A stretch of DNA of 64,000 nucleotides, from assembly GCA_963790305.1 (NCBI GenBank), contig CAWBOC010000013.1:160001-224000 (forward strand). The letters run 5' to 3'. The notes under the pieces were generated by a model. It did not search any database. It was given only the letters and a program-made list of their open reading frames with translations, and was not told where the DNA came from. Shown piece by piece: positions 10,085 to 22,367 of the stretch. The stretch's first letter is position 1, and the number at the start of each line of letters is the position of its first letter. The position numbers were made by a program, and so were the translations under genes. The stretch is from an uncultured Gemmatimonadaceae bacterium (GTDB lineage Bacteria; Gemmatimonadota; Gemmatimonadetes; Gemmatimonadales; Gemmatimonadaceae).

Positions 10085-12426
10085 TTGGGTAGCACGACGT
10101 TGCGGCGCGAGCTCGCCGGCATCGCACTTCTTCTCTTCGCGCTGTTCCTGGGCGCCGCCATCGCCTTTCCCGGCGCGGACGCCACGAGCTGCATGGCCGC
10201 GCGCGGTCCGACGGGACCGGTAGGAGCGTGTTTGCGGTCGGTGTTCGTCGCCACGCTTGGCCTTCCGGCGACCGTTCTGCTCCCGCTGCTGCCCCTGGTG
10301 TACGCCTTACGAGTCTTCCGCCGCATCGAGGCCGACACCGATCGCTCGTGGCTCGTCTTCCTCGGGCGGCCTCGCCTTGTTGCTGCCGGTGGCGATCGCG
10401 CTGGCGATGGGTGCGGCGCGCGAAGTCGAGCCTGCACACGGGCCTGTGGGGCAGCTTCGCCGCGTTCTACCTCCAGCGTGCCTTCGGCTTCGCCGGCGCC
10501 TGGATCATCGTGATGCTCGCTCTTCAGCGTGCTGACGGCCGTGACGCTGGCGTGGAATCCGGTGCGCGTCCTGATCGGCTGGAAGCCGAAGCCAACCGCG
10601 CTGGTGATGGATCACGCGCCGTCGAAGGCGAAGCGGCGGTGGCCGGTGGGGGAAGAGAACGTCGTCGACCGCGAGGCCGCGGCGGTAGCGCTGGCGCCGA
10701 CGCCGGAGGAGATGCCGGGCGTCGATCCATCGCTGCGGGATACTCCCGTCGAGGTGAGTGCGGAACGCGGAATTCGGAAGAAGAAGCGGACCAAGGCCGA
10801 CCTGGCTGCAGAGCACGCCGAGAAGATCGCGGCGGTGATCGACGCGAACGCGTCGGTGCCCGAGGTCGCGGCGGACGAGCTGCCGACGCCCGACATTCTT
10901 TCGCCGCCCCCGCCACGGAATCGGGACTCGTCGCAGCGCGAGCTCGACGCAATGGGCGTGAAGCTCATGGACGCGCTGCGCACCTTCCGTGTCGAAGGGG
11001 AGCTCGTCGGGCGCACGACGGGTCCCGTCGTCACGCAATTCGAGATCGAGCCCGCAGCAGGGGTGAAGGTGCGCCAGATCGCGAATCTCTCGAACGATCT
11101 CGCGCTCGCCATGCGCGCGCAGAGCATCCGCATCGTGGCGCCGATCCCCGGCCGCGGCGCCGTCGGCGTGGAGGTGCCCAACCCGGCGCCGGAGATCGTT
11201 GGCGTTCCGCGAGCTGCTCGAGTCGAAGGACTTTCAGCAGGCGCGCGCTGCGCTGCCGATCGCGTTAGGCAAGGATCTCGAGGGCAAGCCCGTCATCGCC
11301 GATCTGGCGAAGATGCCGCACCTGCTCATCGCCGGGGCAACCGGGTCCGGCAAGTCGGTGTGCGTGAACACGCTCATCACGAGCCTCGTCTACCGGCACA
11401 CGCCGAAGACGCTGCGCTTCCTGATGGTCGATCCGAAGATGGTGGAGCTGTCGGTGTACAATCAGCTCCCGCATCTGCGCCACAAGGTGATCACGGACAA
11501 TCGCGATGCCGCGGCCGTGCTGAAGTGGGCCGTGCTGGAGATGCAGGAGCGCTACGAGCTGCTGGCCGCGAACGGGTGCCGCAACATCCAGGACTTCAAT
11601 CGCAAGGCGCCAGGACGGTCTGCCGCTGTCCATGCCGAAGCGCGCGGACATCGCGTTCGAGGATCTCACGTACCGCGGCGGCGTTCTCCCGTACATCGTC
11701 GTCGTCATCGACGAGCTCGCCGACCTCATGATGACGGTCCAGGGCGAGGTGGAGACGCCGCTGGCGATGCTCGCGCAGAAGGCGCGCGCCATCGGCATCC
11801 ACCTGATTCTCGCGACGCAGCGCCCGAGCGTGAACGTCATCACCGGGCTCATCAAGGCGAACTTCCCCAGCCGGATCGCATTCCGCGTCGCCTCCCAGGT
11901 GGACAGCCGCACGATTCTCGACGGCATCGGCGCGGAGTCGCTGTTAGGCAACGGCGACATGCTCTTCATCCCGCCGGGCAAGTCCGAGCCGTCGCGCCTT
12001 CAGGGCGCGTTCATTCCGAGCGAGGACACCGAGCGGCTCATGCAGTGGTATCGCGACGAGCGCGACGCGAAGCGGAAGGCGTACGAGGCGCAGGGGCTCG
12101 TGCTCGAGGAGCCGGTGGCGGCGGAGCCGGACATTCTCGAGGCCGTGCGCCAGCGTGAGGCGCTCGATCAGGGCGGGGATGAGGGCGAGGATGCGGAGGT
12201 TGGCGACCGGGACAAGCTCTTCCGCGAGGCGGCCGAGGTCGTCCTCCACCACCAGCAGGGATCGACGTCGCTCTTGCAGCGGCGACTGAAGGTCGGCTAC
12301 GGCCGGGCGGCGCGAATCATCGACCAGCTGCACGCAGCGGGCATACTCGGGCCGCCGGACGGCTCCAAGCCGCGCGATGTGCTCGTGGGCCTCGAGGATC
12401 TCGACCGGATTTGTGGACCGAGGTGA
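10085..12426 (+). CDS. ftsK: DNA translocase FtsK (several frameshifts)
   Basis: N-terminal TMs, GPVVTQFE, MPHLLIAGATGSGKSV, DPKMVEL, IDELADLMM, ATQRPSV, and the gamma domain STSLLQRRLKVGYGRAAR. Confidence 0.95.
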
Positions 12427-12432
12427 AGGGAC

Positions 12433-12457
12433 AGGTGCTCGAGGTGCTCGAGCACCT
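12433..12457. repeat. Hairpin made of AGGTGCTCG 9-mers between convergent genes
   Basis: AGGTGCTCG x2 followed by AGCACCT, giving a 10-bp stem. Confidence 0.6.
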
Positions 12458-12951
12458 ATGGGGTTATCAGTCCCTTCTCCGTCAGGTCCATCATGACCTG
12501 CATCCCCATCTTCATGCCCCACCGCTCAGCGGCGCCGACCGTCTCGAGCGCCACCGCCGGTTGCTTCTCCGCCATCATGCGGCCAAGGGGAGTCTCGAAG
12601 AACGCGATCATCTGATCGATCTGCTCCTTCGTGTAGTGACGATCGTGCACACCCACCAGGATCGTCACGAACTCCCCGATGTTGTCCGTCGCGCGCTTGA
12701 TGAACTCGTTCCAGAACACGTCCGGGATGTCAGGCTGCGCCTTCTTCTGCGCGTCCAGCCCGACCTTCATTCCCTCGAGCATCGTCCGCTCGGCGCGCGT
12801 CAACGCGATGAGCTTGCGGATCGCTTTCTCCTTCTCGGGATCGACCCGCTTCTCGGCGACCGCTGATCCGGCCTGCGCGTTCGGCGTCTGTGAGATGGCG
12901 GGCGACGCGCTGACAAGCGTTAGGCCGATGAGGATCGGCGATGAGGCGCAT
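12456..12951 (-). CDS. DUF2059-like exported protein (frameshift in the signal peptide)
   Basis: RHYTKEQIDQMIAFFETPLGRMMAEKQP motif, with a signal-like N-terminus. Confidence 0.75.
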
Positions 12952-13119
12952 GGATGAGGGTTACAGGTTAGAACAAACGGGCGCGTGCAGCGACCCCAGA
13001 ATCACAATGCGCGAAGGCCGGCGTCTCGCAAGGGCTCGGTCGTGGCCATGCCGCAGTAGCGACGATTCGCCTTCCCGCTCGCCACGAGGGCGATCGGCAT
13101 GGATGCGTCGTCCACCGCT

Positions 13120-13950
13120 CCCATAGCATGCGCGACCGCGTGAGGAGCGCCTACGCTTGAAAACTCGGCGAGTCGAAACCCGCCGGCTTCCAGCTCGGCC
13201 GCGAGCTCGTCCTCGGAGAAATGGTGCGCGAAGTCGGGGACCAGATCGTCGCCAAGCTCCGCCTTTTGCGGCCCCGAATCGCGCGAAGGACATTAGCAGT
13301 CCTCGTGACGATGCGCAGATACCGAATCGCTTGCTGGCGCGCGAAGACAGAAACCAGGACCGGTGCGCCGTTAGGCAGGTGCGGCCGCAACTGCTTCAGG
13401 AACCGGATGCGAGTCGACGCGTGCTGCATCAGCGTATAACTGCGACCACCCAATGATCGCCCCGTCGCATGTTGGAATATCGGAGTGGGCATTCGTCCCG
13501 CGGGGCGAGGGCGACGCGCGCGCGATCCTTCACGACCCAGAATGCTCGTTGGCACTTTGAAGCGAGATCGGGGTGGCACTCGAACGCACGGACCACGGCG
13601 AGGCCGCGTCGCTCCAGCGCAACGACTGTCACGACCGCCCCCAGCCGACGAGACCAGAACCGAGCGACAACCCAGGAAGTGCCGCTCGAAGGATCCGCGC
13701 CTCCCAGCGGAAGAATCCCGAGAAGATTGTAGTGCTCGTCGTGGTACATGCGCGTGCGTCGGTAGTACAGTCTCGTTGGTCGCATACAGCGAGGTCCGGT
13801 CGAGGAGGCCGAGCCATGTGCCGATGAAGACGCCCCGCGCTGCCGTGATCGAGCCTTCGAACCACCGACGTCGAGGCGTCGTAGGCCCGGACTGTCCACG
13901 GCAGATGCGACCGTCGTCCATGCCGAGGAATGAGGAGCCATTCCCAAATG
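13120..13950 (-). CDS. Class I SAM-dependent methyltransferase-like (frameshifted; ends approximate)
   Basis: SAM motif VLVSSAGGGR, then RIRFLKQLRPHLPNGAPVLVSVF and HHFSEDELAAELEAGGF in adjacent frames. Confidence 0.55.
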
Positions 13951-14070
13951 TATCACGTCCCCGTTGCCAGGTCGGGCAGCGCATCCGTGACGTGCAACGG
14001 GACGCAACGGAGCCACTGGCATGCGAGCGATGATGACGACCCTCACGACCGCTCCGTATCTTGTGCCTCC

Positions 14071-14445
14071 ATGACGACCGAGCGAATGGCGTTCGGAGAG
14101 CTGGGGGAGCGGGTAGCGGAGCGGTGGCTGAAGCGACAGGGATGGCGGGTGCTGATGCGTCGCTTCAGGAGCGGTCATCGCGACATTGACCTCGTCATGG
14201 AGCGCGATGGGCTCGTGAGCTTCGTCGAGGTCAAGGCGCGCCGGGGGTCGGAGTTCGGCGAGCCGGTGGAGGCAGTCGGGTGGCGGAAGCAGCGCGAGCT
14301 CACCCGGTCGGCGCTGGTGTGGATCGACCGTCACGGACGCCCGTACGAGACCTACCGGTTCGATGTAGTCGGGGTGCTGGTCGAGCAGGAACGCGTGCGA
14401 ATTCGGCACGTGGAGAACGCATTCGAGGTGCGCGGTTCGCGTTGA
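14071..14445 (+). CDS. yraN: YraN-family PD-(D/E)XK nuclease-like protein
   Basis: GELGERVA..WL, DIDLVM, FVEVKAR, YRFDVVGV. Confidence 0.9.
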   Translation: MTTERMAFGELGERVAERWLKRQGWRVLMRRFRSGHRDIDLVMERDGLVSFVEVKARRGSEFGEPVEAVGWRKQRELTRSALVWIDRHGRPYETYRFDVVGVLVEQERVRIRHVENAFEVRGSR

Positions 14446-14470
14446 CTTTCCAGGGATGGTTTCGTATTTT
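14442..14470 (+). promoter_or_regulatory. Probable sigma70 promoter of recA
   Basis: TTGACT-N17-TATTTT, about 80 nt upstream of the recA ATG. Confidence 0.55.
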
Positions 14471-14552
14471 GTTCGGGCATGGTGCGCTCCCCGGCCACGG
14501 GTAGATTCACCGCACGGCCAGATCCTTCCACGACAACTCAAAGGGCGGACGA

Positions 14553-15596
<1,044 letters not shown>

Positions 15597-15619
15597 TCCT
15601 GCGCCGGCCGGCTTTCCAA

Positions 15620-15702
15620 CGCCGGGGAACGGATTACGTGGAATGTGGCGCTACCCGGAATGCGCTCGTTCACGTGATCTGCGCCCCGGCGGTTTTGATT
15701 TT
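15620..15702 (+). terminator. Long stem-loop with U-rich tail between recA and recX
   Basis: CGCCGGGG..CGGATTACGTG pairs with CACGTGATCTG..CCCCGGCG (G-U pairs on the + strand), followed by GTTTTGATTTT. Confidence 0.6.
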
Positions 15703-15731
15703 CAGGAGTCGAGGTCGTCGAGGTGATCATC

Positions 15732-16268
15732 ATGCCGCACGGACACGCTGAAGAGGGCTCCGGCGACGCCTCGGAGTCCCGAGGGACCGGCGAACCGTCG
15801 CCCGCGTATGCTCGCTCGCTCGACATGCTCGCCCGTGCGCCACGGTCCGTTCGCGATCTCCGGCGTCGGCTCCTGCTCAAGGGCGAGGTGGAAGCTGACG
15901 TCGACGCCGCGATCGGGCGCTTGACCGCCGCCGGTCTCCTCGACGACGCCGCCTACGCGCGCGCGTTCGTGCGGTCGAAGGTATCCTCGCAAGGATTCTC
16001 GCGCCGGCGCTTGCAGCAGGAGCTCGCGAAGCGAGGGGTCGCACGCGAGATCGCCGGCGACGCCATCGACGAGGTTCTGCATGACGACGAGGTCGACGAA
16101 GCCGCGAACATTGAGCGCGCGGCGTCGAAGAAGCTCCGGACGCTTCGCGGTCTCGACGAGGAGACGCAGCGACGGCGTTTGTACGCTTACCTGGCGCGGC
16201 GCGGATACGAGGCGGATGAGGTGCGCGCCGTGGTCGGCCGACTGAAAACGGAGCAGCGAGCGGACTAG
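15732..16268 (+). CDS. recX: Regulatory protein RecX
   Basis: LDMLARAPRS, GLLDDAAYARAF, LQQELAKRGV, YLARRGY. It follows recA. Confidence 0.9.
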   Translation: MPHGHAEEGSGDASESRGTGEPSPAYARSLDMLARAPRSVRDLRRRLLLKGEVEADVDAAIGRLTAAGLLDDAAYARAFVRSKVSSQGFSRRRLQQELAKRGVAREIAGDAIDEVLHDDEVDEAANIERAASKKLRTLRGLDEETQRRRLYAYLARRGYEADEVRAVVGRLKTEQRAD

Positions 16269-16331
16269 AAGGGGCCTTTCGAGTCCCGGTCGCTGGCCCG
16301 GATCCACGAGCGCCTCGTATATTGCGCGTCT

Positions 16332-19128
16332 ATGCAGGCTTCCGAGATCCGCGCGCGCTTTCTCTCGTACTTCCAGGCGCACCAGCACTCCGTCCGGCCG
16401 AGCTCGCCACTCGTTCCCGCGGATGACCCGACGTTGCTCTTCACCAACGCCGGCATGGTGCAATTCAAGAAGATCTTCCTCGGCCAGGAGCAGACCGAGT
16501 ACGGTCGTCGCGCCACGACGGTCCAGAAGTGTGTGCGCGCGGGCGGCAAGCATAACGATCTGGAGCAGGTCGGACACACCTTCCGGCATCACACCTTCTT
16601 CGAGATGCTTGGCAACTTCTCGTTTGGCGACTACTTCAAGGCCGAGGCGATCCGCTTCGCCTGGGAGTTCGTCACCGAGGAGCTTTCGCTCGACCCGCGG
16701 CACCTGCGGGTGACCGTGTATCACTCCGACGACGAGGCGCGGGACCTCTGGCGCGATGTGGCGCAGCTGCCGCCCTCGCGCATCTACGGCCTGGGCGAGA
16801 AGGACAACTTCTGGCAGATGGGGGAGACCGGCCCGTGTGGGCCGTGCTCGGAGATCTACGTCGATCTCGCCCACGTCGCGAATGACTGGGTGTTCCCGGC
16901 CGGTGCGACCGGTGAATGGACGGAGCGCGACCGCGCCGACTTCTCGCTCGAGGCCTTCGTCGTCGGTGCGGAAGCGGGTCGCTTTCTCGAGATCTGGAAC
17001 CTCGTGTTCATGCAGTTCGATCGGTCCGCGGACGGAACGCTGACGCCCCTTCCGAAGCCATCGATCGATACCGGGGCCGGCCTCGAGCGCATTGCCGCGG
17101 TCATGCAGGGGACAACCAGCAACTTTCACACGGACCTCTTCACCCCGATTCTTCACACCATTGAGGAGGTCGTGGGCGTTCCCTACTGGGGACGGGAGAG
17201 CGACGAGGCGCGTCGCGGTATTGCCGCGCATTTGCCCGGCGGCGTGCGCCGGATCATTCCGAACGCGGTCGAGCCGGCGTCCTTTCGAGTCATCGCCGAT
17301 CACGCGCGCGCGGTCGCGTTCCTGCTCGGCGATGGCGTCTTCCCATCGAACGAAGGACGGGGCTACGTCCTGCGCCGAATCCTCCGTCGGGCCGTTAGGC
17401 ACGCCTGGCTGCTCGGCCGGCAGGAGCCGACGCTCGCGCCGGTCGTTCAAGCCGTGATCGAGAGCATGGGGGGCATCTATCCCGAGCTCCTCCATCGGGC
17501 GAAGCACATCGTGGACACCACGACGGCGGAGGAGGAGCGCTTTCTCGCCACGATCGATGCCGGAATGGCGCGGTTCGACGAGCTTGCACCGCCCGCCACG
17601 ACGCAGGGATCTACCGCGGTACGGGGGACGATCTCGGGTGAGGAGGCGTTCATCCTGTACGACCGCTACGGCTTCCCGATCGACCTCACGGAGCTCATGG
17701 CGCGCGAGCGGGGCTACACCGTCGACATCGCGGGCTTCGAGGCCGCGCTCGAGACACAGCGTCAGCAGTCGCAGGCCGATCGGAAGGCGAAGAAAATCGG
17801 CGTGGCGGCCGACCAGCTGACGGAGGGCGCGTGGGAGGCGGAGTCTGCGCCCGCGACGCCTGTTGGACCCGCGCGACATCAGCGAAACGGCGTTCGTGGG
17901 GTACGAGACCGTCGAGATCGAGACGCAGGTGACCGCGGTTCGCCGCCTCGGTGACGACCGGCTCGCGGTGATGCTGCGCGAAACGCCGTTCTACGCCGAG
18001 TCTGGCGGCCAGATCGCCGACGTCGGAGAGATCATCGGCGAAGGGTGGCGGGTCGACGTCGACGACGTGCGCCGCGTCGACGGCCGGGTGGCGGCGTTAG
18101 GCAAGCTCACCGGGTCGTTCAAGTTCGGCCGCGTCATCGCGCGCGTGCCGAGCGATCGCCGCCGGGATACCGAGCGCAATCACACCGCGACCCATCTGCT
18201 GCACGGTGCGCTGCGGGAGGTCCTCGGCGAGCACGTGCATCAGGCGGGCTCACTCGTCGCGCCGGACCGGCTTCGCTTCGACTTCACGCACCACGGGCCC
18301 GTCAAGCCCGAAGCGCTGACGGAGATCGAAGAGCGCGTCAATCGCGCCATCTGGGCCGACGTCGACGTGCAGTTCACGCAGAAGTCCTATCGTGAGGCGG
18401 TCGAAGCGGGCGCCATGGCGCTGTTCGGCGAGAAGTACGGCGACGTCGTGCGCGTCGTCTCCATTCCGGGATACTCCGTGGAGCTGTGCGGCGGAACGCA
18501 CGCGCGCAACACCGGACAGATCGCGCTCTTCAAGATCGTGGCGGAAACCGGCGTGGCGGCCGGCGTGCGCCGGATCGAGGCGGTCACGGGCCCGCGCGCC
18601 TACGAGCTCATTCGCGAGGAAGAGCGGCGACTTCAAAAGATCGTCGACCTCGTGAAGGGAACGTCCGACGGCGTCGTGAAGCGGGTCGAGGCGCTGGTGG
18701 AAGAGCGGCGTCAGCTTCAACGCCGGCTCGATGACAGCCTGCGTGGTGGGGGCGATCAGGTGGCAACGCTCGTCGCCGGTGCACGACAGGTGAATGGCGC
18801 GCGCGTGGTTGCCGCCGAGGTGCGTGTCGGCGACGCGAAGGAGCTACAGGCGCTGGCGGATGCGCTTCGCGAGAAGCTCGGGACGGGCGTGGGGGTGTTG
18901 GGCGCGTCGATCGGGGACAAGACGACCATGCTCGTCGTCGTCACCGACGATCTCCGTGAGAAAGGGGTACGTGCCGATGCCCTCGTGCGCGACATTGCGG
19001 CGATCGCGGGCGGGCGTGGGGGTGGCAAGCCGCACCTGGCGCAGGCTGGCATTCCCGACGCCACGAAGCTTCCTCAGGCGATCGAGCACGCCCCGGGGAT
19101 CATCGCGCGTGCGCTCGCGACCGCCTGA
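16332..19128 (+). CDS. alaS: Alanine--tRNA ligase (frameshift near 17860)
   Basis: DPTLLFTNAGMVQFK, HHTFFEMLGNFSFGDYFK, NHTATHLLH, ELCGGTH, GGRGGGKP. Confidence 0.97.
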
Positions 19129-19472
19129 CGACGTGCGCCAGCCGTCACCGGGGACAGTCGGTGCCTGGCTGGAGGGTCGCACGCCTCCGCCTCCCCAGAT
19201 GCTGCGATCGCGAATCCTGCTGGCGTTAGGCGATGGACTCGGCCGCGCCGTGGCGGACACCGAGGAGGTGTGCCTCGATGCCGCGGAGCGCGTGCTGTCC
19301 CATCTGTTCTCGGACGGCACGGGAGGCCGACACGAGGCAGTCGACTTGCTGGCAGCCGACGCGCTGGTGACGTACGCCCTCGAGTTCGCCGCCGAGACGC
19401 CGCCGAGAGTTCGAGGTCAGCGCGACGCTCGCGCTCGAGCGCTTTGGACAGCTTGCACGGGGATGCGCATGA
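19129..19472 (+). CDS. Small hypothetical protein (ends approximate)
   Basis: Coding-like segment WLEGRTPPPP...DLLAADALVTYALEFAAE. An apparent frameshift joins it to the next gene, with an ATGA overlap at 19469-19472. Confidence 0.45.
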
Positions 19473-20197
19473 GCATCCTGACGCGCTTGGAGGCGAATGG
19501 CGGACTGGCCGTCCTCGTCGACCCCAACCGGACAGCGCCGGACGAAGCGGAACAGCTCGCGGCGCGGGCCGCCGATGAGGGGGTCGCCGCGCTCCTCGTC
19601 GGCACGTCGTACGCCGATGAGGCAAATGTCGGGGCGGTGGCCCGCGCGATGAAGCGCGGAGCGCCGGCCGTCCCGCTTCTCGAGTTTCCTGGTGCGGCCT
19701 CGCATCTCGTGCCGGACGTGGACGCGGTCCTCTTGCTCTCGCTCGTATCCGGGCGCAACGCTCAGTACTTGATCGAAGAGCACGTTCGCGCCGTTCCGTT
19801 TTTCGAGCGGCATCCGGACGTGGAGCCGATCAGCACTGCGTACCTGCTGATCGACGGTGGCGAAGTGACCTCGGTCGAAGCGGTGAGCCAGACGCGTCCG
19901 CTCCCGGCGGGCAAGCCGGAGCTCGTGGCCGCGCACGTGCGCGCGGCAATGCTGGTGGGCATGGCGGCGACGTACCTCAATGCAGGAAGTGGTGCGCGGC
20001 GGCCGGTGTCCCCTGTTCTCATTCGTGCGGCGCGCGCGGCGACCAGAGGTCCGCTCTTCGTCGGCGGAGGCGTGCGAACCGCGGACGCTGTTCGCGCAGC
20101 GCGAGACGCGGGAGCGGACTTCGTGGTCGTTGGCACGTTGGTCGAGCGACAAGGCGCGCCGGCGGTCCGCGAGCTCGCGCGCGCCGCGCGCGTATGA
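19469..20197 (+). CDS. Geranylgeranylglyceryl/heptaprenylglyceryl phosphate synthase family (PcrB-like, group II-like)
   Basis: LVDP, DAVLLLSLVSGRNAQYLI, YLLIDGG..TSVEAVS, YLNAGSGA, FVGGGVR, GADFVVVGT. Confidence 0.85.
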   Translation: MSILTRLEANGGLAVLVDPNRTAPDEAEQLAARAADEGVAALLVGTSYADEANVGAVARAMKRGAPAVPLLEFPGAASHLVPDVDAVLLLSLVSGRNAQYLIEEHVRAVPFFERHPDVEPISTAYLLIDGGEVTSVEAVSQTRPLPAGKPELVAAHVRAAMLVGMAATYLNAGSGARRPVSPVLIRAARAATRGPLFVGGGVRTADAVRAARDAGADFVVVGTLVERQGAPAVRELARAARV

Positions 20198-20949
20198 TCG
20201 ACATTCACACGCATCTCCTTCCGGGTGTCGACGACGGCTCGCCAAGCATCGACGTCTCGGTCCCCATTCTTCAACGCTTTGCCGATGAGGGAGTGGAGGT
20301 CGTCGTCTGCACACCCCATCTCGAAGCGGGTCGGGCCGCACGAGCGCCTCACGAGCAATATGATGCGATCTTTCGCGAGCTCAGCGCGCGCGCTCCGGGC
20401 GGTATCTCGCTGCTGCGCGGATGGGAAATCATGATCGACGTTCCGGAGGTCGATCTCAGCGACCCTCGCCTGGGGCTTGGCGGCTCCGTGGCCGTGCTCG
20501 TCGAGTTTCCCCGCATGAACGTTCCCGCGGCGGCCGCACGAGAGCTGATGCGCCTGAGGCACAGCGGTATCATCCCGGTGCTGGCGCACCCCGAGCGGTA
20601 CTGGGGATGCACGCCGGACATGGTTCGCGCGTGGCGCGACGCAGGCGCCGCGATCCAGATGGATGCGTCGATGCTGCTCGGCGGGCCGAATTCGTCGAAG
20701 CTGGCGCGGTCACTCCTCGGGGAGGGTTTGGTGGACTGTATCGCCAGCGACAACCATGGCGACAGGCGGTCGCTTTCGGGCGCACGTCAATGGCTGCTCG
20801 AGATCGGCGCTGACGAGCAGGCCGAGCTGTTGACGCGGGGGAACGCGCGGCGAATGCTGGATGGCCAGCCGCCGCTCCCTGTAGCGGCCCTGCCGATTGT
20901 CGAGCGCGGCATGCTGGCTCGGCTCAAGCAGCTCGTGCTCGGCCACTGA
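20194..20949 (+). CDS. CpsB/CapC/YwqE PHP-family tyrosine phosphatase
   Basis: MIDIHTHLLPGVDDG, CTPH, LAHPERY, IASDNH. Confidence 0.9.
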   Translation: MIDIHTHLLPGVDDGSPSIDVSVPILQRFADEGVEVVVCTPHLEAGRAARAPHEQYDAIFRELSARAPGGISLLRGWEIMIDVPEVDLSDPRLGLGGSVAVLVEFPRMNVPAAAARELMRLRHSGIIPVLAHPERYWGCTPDMVRAWRDAGAAIQMDASMLLGGPNSSKLARSLLGEGLVDCIASDNHGDRRSLSGARQWLLEIGADEQAELLTRGNARRMLDGQPPLPVAALPIVERGMLARLKQLVLGH

Positions 20950-21509
20950 TGGCCAAGACCTCTGATGCGCTCCGAGAGCTGGCTGCTTTGGCCGGGCGCG
21001 TCGCCGACACGGTGGCGGCCGACCTGGATCGCGCGCTCGATCTCGTGCGCGAGACCGTGCGCGGCGGAGGGACGCTCTTCTTCTGCGGAAACGGCGGTAG
21101 TGCGGCCGACGCGCAGCATCTGGCGACCGAGTACGTGGTGCGGTACATGAAGACGCGGCGAGCGTACCCCGCCGTGGCGCTGACGACGGACACATCCCTC
21201 CTCACCGCGGCGGGGAATGATCTGGGCTTCGAGGAGATCTTCGCGCGCCAGGTCGAGGCGCTCGCGAAGCCTGGCGATCTGCTGATCATCCATTCGACGA
21301 GCGGAAGCTCGCCTAACGTGCTCCGTGCGGCTGAAGCAGCTCGTGCCAAGCGCGTGAAGGTCCTGTCGTTTGCCGCACGCGATGGTGGCGAGCTCAAGGC
21401 ACTGTCCGATCACATCGTCGTCGTACCTACGGATCGTACTGACCGGGCGCAGGAGATCCATCTCTGCATGGAGCACGCGATCTGCGAGGCGATCGAGCGT
21501 GATCTGTAG
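20949..21509 (+). CDS. gmhA: Phosphoheptose isomerase (SIS domain)
   Basis: CGNGGSAADAQH, GNDLGFEEIFARQ, STSGSSPNV, QEIH. Confidence 0.9.
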   Translation: MAKTSDALRELAALAGRVADTVAADLDRALDLVRETVRGGGTLFFCGNGGSAADAQHLATEYVVRYMKTRRAYPAVALTTDTSLLTAAGNDLGFEEIFARQVEALAKPGDLLIIHSTSGSSPNVLRAAEAARAKRVKVLSFAARDGGELKALSDHIVVVPTDRTDRAQEIHLCMEHAICEAIERDL

Positions 21510-21524
21510 CCGAGCTGCTCGTAA

Positions 21525-22280
21525 ATGATCTCACTTCGCGGCAAGAACGCTCTCGTTACCGGTGGCTCGCGCGGCATTGGTGCTGCTACCGCGCTGCTCC
21601 TCGCGGATGCGGGCGCTAACGTCGGTATTGGTTACCGCTCTCGCGAGGCCGAAGCGGCCGAGGTAGTGCGAGAGATCGCCAGTCGCGGCGTGAAGGGGTT
21701 CGCTCACGCGGCGGATCTCGCCAGCGCTGAGGCAACCCAATCACTGTTCGAGCGGGCGCGCCGGGAGCTGGGCGGATTGGACATTTTCGTCGGCAACGCC
21801 GGTATCTGGCCGGCCGAGGCGACGCCGGTGGCGGAGATGTCGGACGAGCGCTGGCTCGAGACGATGCGGCAGAACGTCGACTCGATTTTCTACGGCTCGC
21901 GCCTCGCGGCGCGGATGCTGGGGAACGGCGGGCGAATTGTGCTCGTGTCGAGCACTGCGGGGCAGCGTGGCGAGGCGTTTCACGCCGACTATGGCGCGTC
22001 GAAAGGAGCGATCATCTCGTTCGTGAAGTCGTTCGCGATCGAGCTGGCGGCGCGGGACATCACCGTCAACTCGGTTGCGCCGGGCTGGGTCGATACGGAC
22101 ATGTCGGCACCCGCGTACGGAGGAGACGAGAAGGAGCGTATCCGCCGGTCGATTCCCATCGGTCGGATCGCGAGCGCGATGGACATTGCCGGACCGATCG
22201 TGTTCCTCTGCTCGGACCTCGCGCGCCACATCACCGGCGAGATTCTAAACGTGAACGGGGGAAGCGTCCTCTCCGGTTGA
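21525..22280 (+). CDS. SDR-family oxidoreductase (FabG-like)
   Basis: TGGSRGIG, NAGI, YGASK, VNSVAPGWVDTDM. Confidence 0.9.
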   Translation: MISLRGKNALVTGGSRGIGAATALLLADAGANVGIGYRSREAEAAEVVREIASRGVKGFAHAADLASAEATQSLFERARRELGGLDIFVGNAGIWPAEATPVAEMSDERWLETMRQNVDSIFYGSRLAARMLGNGGRIVLVSSTAGQRGEAFHADYGASKGAIISFVKSFAIELAARDITVNSVAPGWVDTDMSAPAYGGDEKERIRRSIPIGRIASAMDIAGPIVFLCSDLARHITGEILNVNGGSVLSG

Positions 22281-22367
22281 ACCGGGGCCCGCAGGCACGA
22301 CGACGGTCCGGACTTTGCCAAACAAATGGCGCATGTGACCTGCATCACCAACTTTGAAGGGGGTCTT

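Noticed and set aside
15702..17879. Long antisense ORFs (725 aa opposite alaS; also 59427..61397 and 4862..6148)
   Set aside because: These are shadow ORFs expected from GC-rich codon bias, and they show no recognisable motifs.
18794..20197. 467-aa ORF fusing a hypothetical protein to the GGGP synthase
   Set aside because: It overlaps alaS out of frame, and the ATGA at 19469-19472 indicates two genes joined by an indel.
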